Of a DNA stretch of 64,000 nucleotides, positions 60,775 through 64,000 are shown piece after piece. Location: NCBI GenBank assembly GCA_038891095.1, contig JAWAEV010000001.1:100468-164467 (forward strand), written 5' to 3'. Position 1 is the stretch's first letter; each line of letters starts with the position of its first letter. The notes beneath the pieces were generated by a model. It was not told where the DNA came from and searched no databases. It worked only from the letters and a program-made list of their open reading frames with translations. This stretch comes from Candidatus Altiarchaeota archaeon (lineage in GTDB: Archaea > Altiarchaeota > Altiarchaeia > IMC4 > QMZM01). The translations under genes were made by a program, and so were the position numbers.

Positions 60775-61031
60775 TTTTTATATCTAAGCATATATTTTTG
60801 AAAAATTGAAGTGTCAATTGATAGAAAAAAGGCAAAAGCAGGAACTATTGAATTTAACCATGGATTTGAAACATTTATCGCACTTAAATAAAAACCAATT
60901 GAGATATATGTAAAGAAAATTAATAAAATCTTCCTTGTGTAACTTGTTTCCCACGCATTATCAGCTTCAACCTTTCTATTTCTCTCCTCTATATTTCTAA
61001 TCCTTTTCTCTATGTCTTCTAAATTAGCCAT
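60771..61031 (-). CDS. Small membrane protein
   Basis: Coiled coil + AWETSYTR + two TM helices; coupled to hps. Confidence 0.7.
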   Translation of the reverse strand: MANLEDIEKRIRNIEERNRKVEADNAWETSYTRKILLIFFTYISIGFYLSAINVSNPWLNSIVPAFAFFLSIDTSIFQKYMLRYKK

Positions 61032-61114
61032 TTAAGGACTGTATTAACAAATAGTTGATAAAATTAATAATATAAGTTTATTTCTTTTTATTAGATAAAA
61101 CAAAGCTTAGAAAT

Positions 61115-61522
61115 CTAAAAACTACACTCCAAGGAGCAACCATCTAAGAAAGTTGTTGGGTCTAATATTTGAGTGGCAGAAACGCCAGTAACAACCCACT
61201 CAACAAGAAAAGCAGAGATTATGACAATTACTAAGCCTACAATAGCATGTATTATACTACTCTTCGCAGAACCTCTTGCTGATGCATCATCACCGGAAGC
61301 AATCCATTTTATGCCTGCAATGATAATAACTAATGCAGCAACTGCTGTTGATATATAATAAAAAAAATTGAAAAGTCTACAAAAAATGCAGGAAAAGATG
61401 GCTGGCACTCGCACAGCATCATAGGCTTGAGCAGAAACACTTTGTATGAATGTGATAGAAATAAGCAATGCTATAAGAAAAATTTGGGCATTATTCAAAT
61501 TTTTTTTCATTGTTTTGTTCAT
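61115..61522 (-). CDS. Stand-alone TrbC/VirB2 pilin-like protein (start uncertain)
   Basis: Signal ..SVSA|Q; AVAALVIIIAGIKWIASGDDASARGSAKSSIIHAIVGLVIV. Confidence 0.8.
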   Translation of the reverse strand: MNKTMKKNLNNAQIFLIALLISITFIQSVSAQAYDAVRVPAIFSCIFCRLFNFFYYISTAVAALVIIIAGIKWIASGDDASARGSAKSSIIHAIVGLVIVIISAFLVEWVVTGVSATQILDPTTFLDGCSLECSF

Positions 61523-61584
61523 TGTGATTATTTTATTTAAGTATATATGTATATTCTTAGATTGCAGCATTAAAAATTACAAAG

Positions 61585-62856
61585 ATGGGAATTTTCAATG
61601 GATTTTTTGGTAAGAAAGACAAGGAAGAAAAAGTAAGAAGAGAAAATTTGACCTTATCTGAAATTCCGATATTCTTAGAAAAAAAGCAAAGAGAAAGGAG
61701 CAGGGAGAAATATAAAATTGCAAAGCCAATTGTGGATAAAATTTCTTTAGCTTTAAAAGACATAAAAAAAATTGCTGAGGAAATTAACAAAAAGGAAATT
61801 CCTAAAGAAATACCAGAACGGGAAAGAAAAGTTATCGCGATATCAAAACCAATTTTTGTTAAGGAGATTCTTGAAAGTGTCACTATTAACTGTAATACTA
61901 ACGAAATTGATAAATTTAAAAAAGAGGTAGATATTTGTGTTGATAGACTTGGGAAACTACTTTTTAGTAAAGGGAGATACTTGCCAATAGCATTTTCCGA
62001 CGAAATTGAAAAAATTGGTAAAAAAGCAAAGGAAATTTTAGAGTATAGTGCAAAATTATCAAATGTCTTAGGCAAAAATGATGAAAACCAAATTAATGAG
62101 ATAATGGGTTACTACACAAAAATCAAAAAATTTCTTGATGATATTGAAGAAATGAAGCAAAGGAGGAAAAATCTAAGAGAAGAAATTGAGAGGATGACTA
62201 AGAAAAAGGAGACTCTTGAGAAAAATTTAAATGAGATTGAAAGCGGTAATGAATTTTTAGAATTTTTAAGGAAGAATGAAGAGATGCAGAAAATTAACTC
62301 TGAGATTGAAGGTATTAGAAGTAAAATTTCTGAGAGCCTAACTTCGTTGAAAAGGCCATTAAAAAAATTTAAAAGATTTTTGGCTGAAAGAATAGCTTCT
62401 GATAAGATTGATTCCTATATCGAAAATCCTGTTGATGCTTTTATTCTTGATGAAAATTTTGAAATTTTTCAAATTCTGAAAAGTTTAAAAGATGAAATTT
62501 CTGCAGGAAAATTCATTCTAAAACAACAAGAAAAAAGAAAGATTTTTATTGCTTATGATAACATTTATGAACTGAAAAATTTAAGAGCCATATTCAAAGA
62601 AAAAATTTCAGATCTAAAAACAATTAAAGATGAGATTGAAAGTTCTGAGATAATAAGAAGAAGGAATGACATAACAAAAGAAATAGAACTAATAAACAAG
62701 AATATTGAATCTTATGAGCAGGATATAACAAAATGCAATGAGAGGATTTCAGAACTCAAAAAGCAAATTTTACAGGAAAAGAAAAATCTTGAATATAAGT
62801 TATGGGCTTTAAGCAAAAATGAAAAAAAGGAATTTTCAATACTCATAGATTTTTAG
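61585..62856 (+). CDS. Hypothetical coiled-coil protein
   Basis: 423 aa, K/E/I-rich heptads. Confidence 0.7.
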   Translation: MGIFNGFFGKKDKEEKVRRENLTLSEIPIFLEKKQRERSREKYKIAKPIVDKISLALKDIKKIAEEINKKEIPKEIPERERKVIAISKPIFVKEILESVTINCNTNEIDKFKKEVDICVDRLGKLLFSKGRYLPIAFSDEIEKIGKKAKEILEYSAKLSNVLGKNDENQINEIMGYYTKIKKFLDDIEEMKQRRKNLREEIERMTKKKETLEKNLNEIESGNEFLEFLRKNEEMQKINSEIEGIRSKISESLTSLKRPLKKFKRFLAERIASDKIDSYIENPVDAFILDENFEIFQILKSLKDEISAGKFILKQQEKRKIFIAYDNIYELKNLRAIFKEKISDLKTIKDEIESSEIIRRRNDITKEIELINKNIESYEQDITKCNERISELKKQILQEKKNLEYKLWALSKNEKKEFSILIDF

Positions 62857-63735
62857 ATTTAACTCCTTTGCAATTTCTAAAGCTTCATTAAATTCCTCAA
62901 ATGATAACTTCCTTGAAATTTCTTTTATAGAAAAAGCCTTATATTCCGGTCTATATTGATCCATTAAATTAAGCCTGAAATTTTTCATATTTTTTGAAAG
63001 CCACTCAAGTATTGGCTTAGTGCAACATTCAATATGTCCTGGCAAAACTAAATGCCTTACTATAACTTCTCCTTGCTTTTCTGCTATAAGATGATTTCTT
63101 TTAACTATAGCTGTGTAATTTTTAACATTTGATAGTTTCTTAGCACAAGAATCATTACCATATTTAAAATCTGTTAGGTAAATGTCAATAATTCCATCAA
63201 GTAAACTCATTGCTTCTAAGCTAAGATACATATTTGAATTCCATATTTGTGCAATGTTTGAATTTAAATTTTTTAAAATTTTCAAAACTCTTAAGATATA
63301 AGCTAAGTTAGGAGTTGGTTCGCCACCAACCCAATTTACATTTTTTGCGCCTTCCATTGCTCTTTTAGCTATCATTCTTGCGATTATTTCCTCTTTTATC
63401 GTAGCTCCAGAATCAGGAAATTGCGAGATATCCCAATTTTGGCAGAATATACAAGAAAAATTACAACCAGAGAAAAAAATTGTATATGAAGGAATTAACT
63501 CTTGTTCTTCACCAAAATGTAAAAACTCGGATGCAATTTTTGCTTCTAAAACTTTGCAATAACCTTTTTCTTTTCTAAAGCGATTAATTTTGCATTTTCT
63601 TTCACAAAGTTCACAATCTTCAATAATTTTTTCAGCTTTTTCTATTTTCTCATCTAAATTTTCACAAGAAAGAAATTTTGCCTTTTCTTCTCCTTTAAGA
63701 ATTTTGAAGTATCTTGCTAATGGTTCATCATTCAT
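62836..63735 (-). CDS. PflX-like radical SAM protein
   Basis: CELCERKC, HFGEE, CNFSCIFCQN, GGEP, RHLVLPGH. Confidence 0.9.
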   Translation of the reverse strand: MNDEPLARYFKILKGEEKAKFLSCENLDEKIEKAEKIIEDCELCERKCKINRFRKEKGYCKVLEAKIASEFLHFGEEQELIPSYTIFFSGCNFSCIFCQNWDISQFPDSGATIKEEIIARMIAKRAMEGAKNVNWVGGEPTPNLAYILRVLKILKNLNSNIAQIWNSNMYLSLEAMSLLDGIIDIYLTDFKYGNDSCAKKLSNVKNYTAIVKRNHLIAEKQGEVIVRHLVLPGHIECCTKPILEWLSKNMKNFRLNLMDQYRPEYKAFSIKEISRKLSFEEFNEALEIAKELNLKIYEY

Positions 63736-63790
63736 CTTCTCTTTTAGTAATTAGTGTAATTTAAACATAGAAATGAAAGTATAAGATAAA

Positions 63791-64000
63791 ATGGATGAGA
63801 TTGAAGTAAAAATTATAGAAAGACCAAAGCTAAAGAAATCAATTTTGATTGAGGGGCTTCCTGGAATTGGATTGGTTGGAAAACTTGCTGTGCAACATAT
63901 GCTTGATGAACTAAAAGCTAAGAAATTTGTAGAGATATACTCCTCATATCTACCGCCACAGGTTTTTGTTCAGAAAGAAGGGACAATAAAACTTGTAAAT
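63791..64000 (+). CDS. Proteasome assembly chaperone (PAC2) family, partial
   Basis: LIEGLPGIGLVGKLA..IYS..PPQV; runs off window. Confidence 0.85.
   Translation, partial: MDEIEVKIIERPKLKKSILIEGLPGIGLVGKLAVQHMLDELKAKKFVEIYSSYLPPQVFVQKEGTIKLVN

Noticed and set aside
57432-62075. ORFs 57432..57851 (-) and 61557..62075 (-)
   Set aside because: Antisense to rpl34e and to the 423-aa coiled-coil gene; no independent coding signal
1-64000. CRISPR array or cas genes
   Set aside because: No regularly spaced repeat-spacer array seen; the repeats are coding modules

Overview
This is an AT-rich archaeal chromosome segment: it carries archaeal r-proteins, SepF, NAC, Cbf5, PAC2 and a BHB-type tRNA intron. 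A DPANN-affiliated lineage such as Altiarchaeota is plausible but is only an inference. The window has two parts. (1) 1-27.1 kb is an accessory island of secreted or membrane-anchored Cys-rich proteins. It includes a VirB6/TrbL-like membrane protein and four TrbC/VirB2-pilin-like hairpins, two of them fused to peptidases (papain C1A and a HExxH metallopeptidase). It also has a transglutaminase-triad protein and a giant protein with an apparently circularly permuted vWA domain. Each of the four large cargo genes is immediately followed by a membrane-anchored partner. The partners have unrelated N-termini but a shared Cys/Asp stalk, two copies of which form a 271-bp near-perfect inverted repeat. 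Convergent giant Cys-rich proteins carry Kazal, SdrD-B-like and EF-hand/dockerin-like modules. (2) 28-64 kb is mostly housekeeping (lplA/B, FTR-ferredoxin, glmS, r-proteins, gltX, pstSCAB-phoU, kbl, cbf5, adk, hps). It also has four tRNAs (one with an intron resembling a local repeat), a Kunitz/DUF333 protein and an orphan VirB2-like pilin. All family assignments come from motif recognition by eye; no searches were run.
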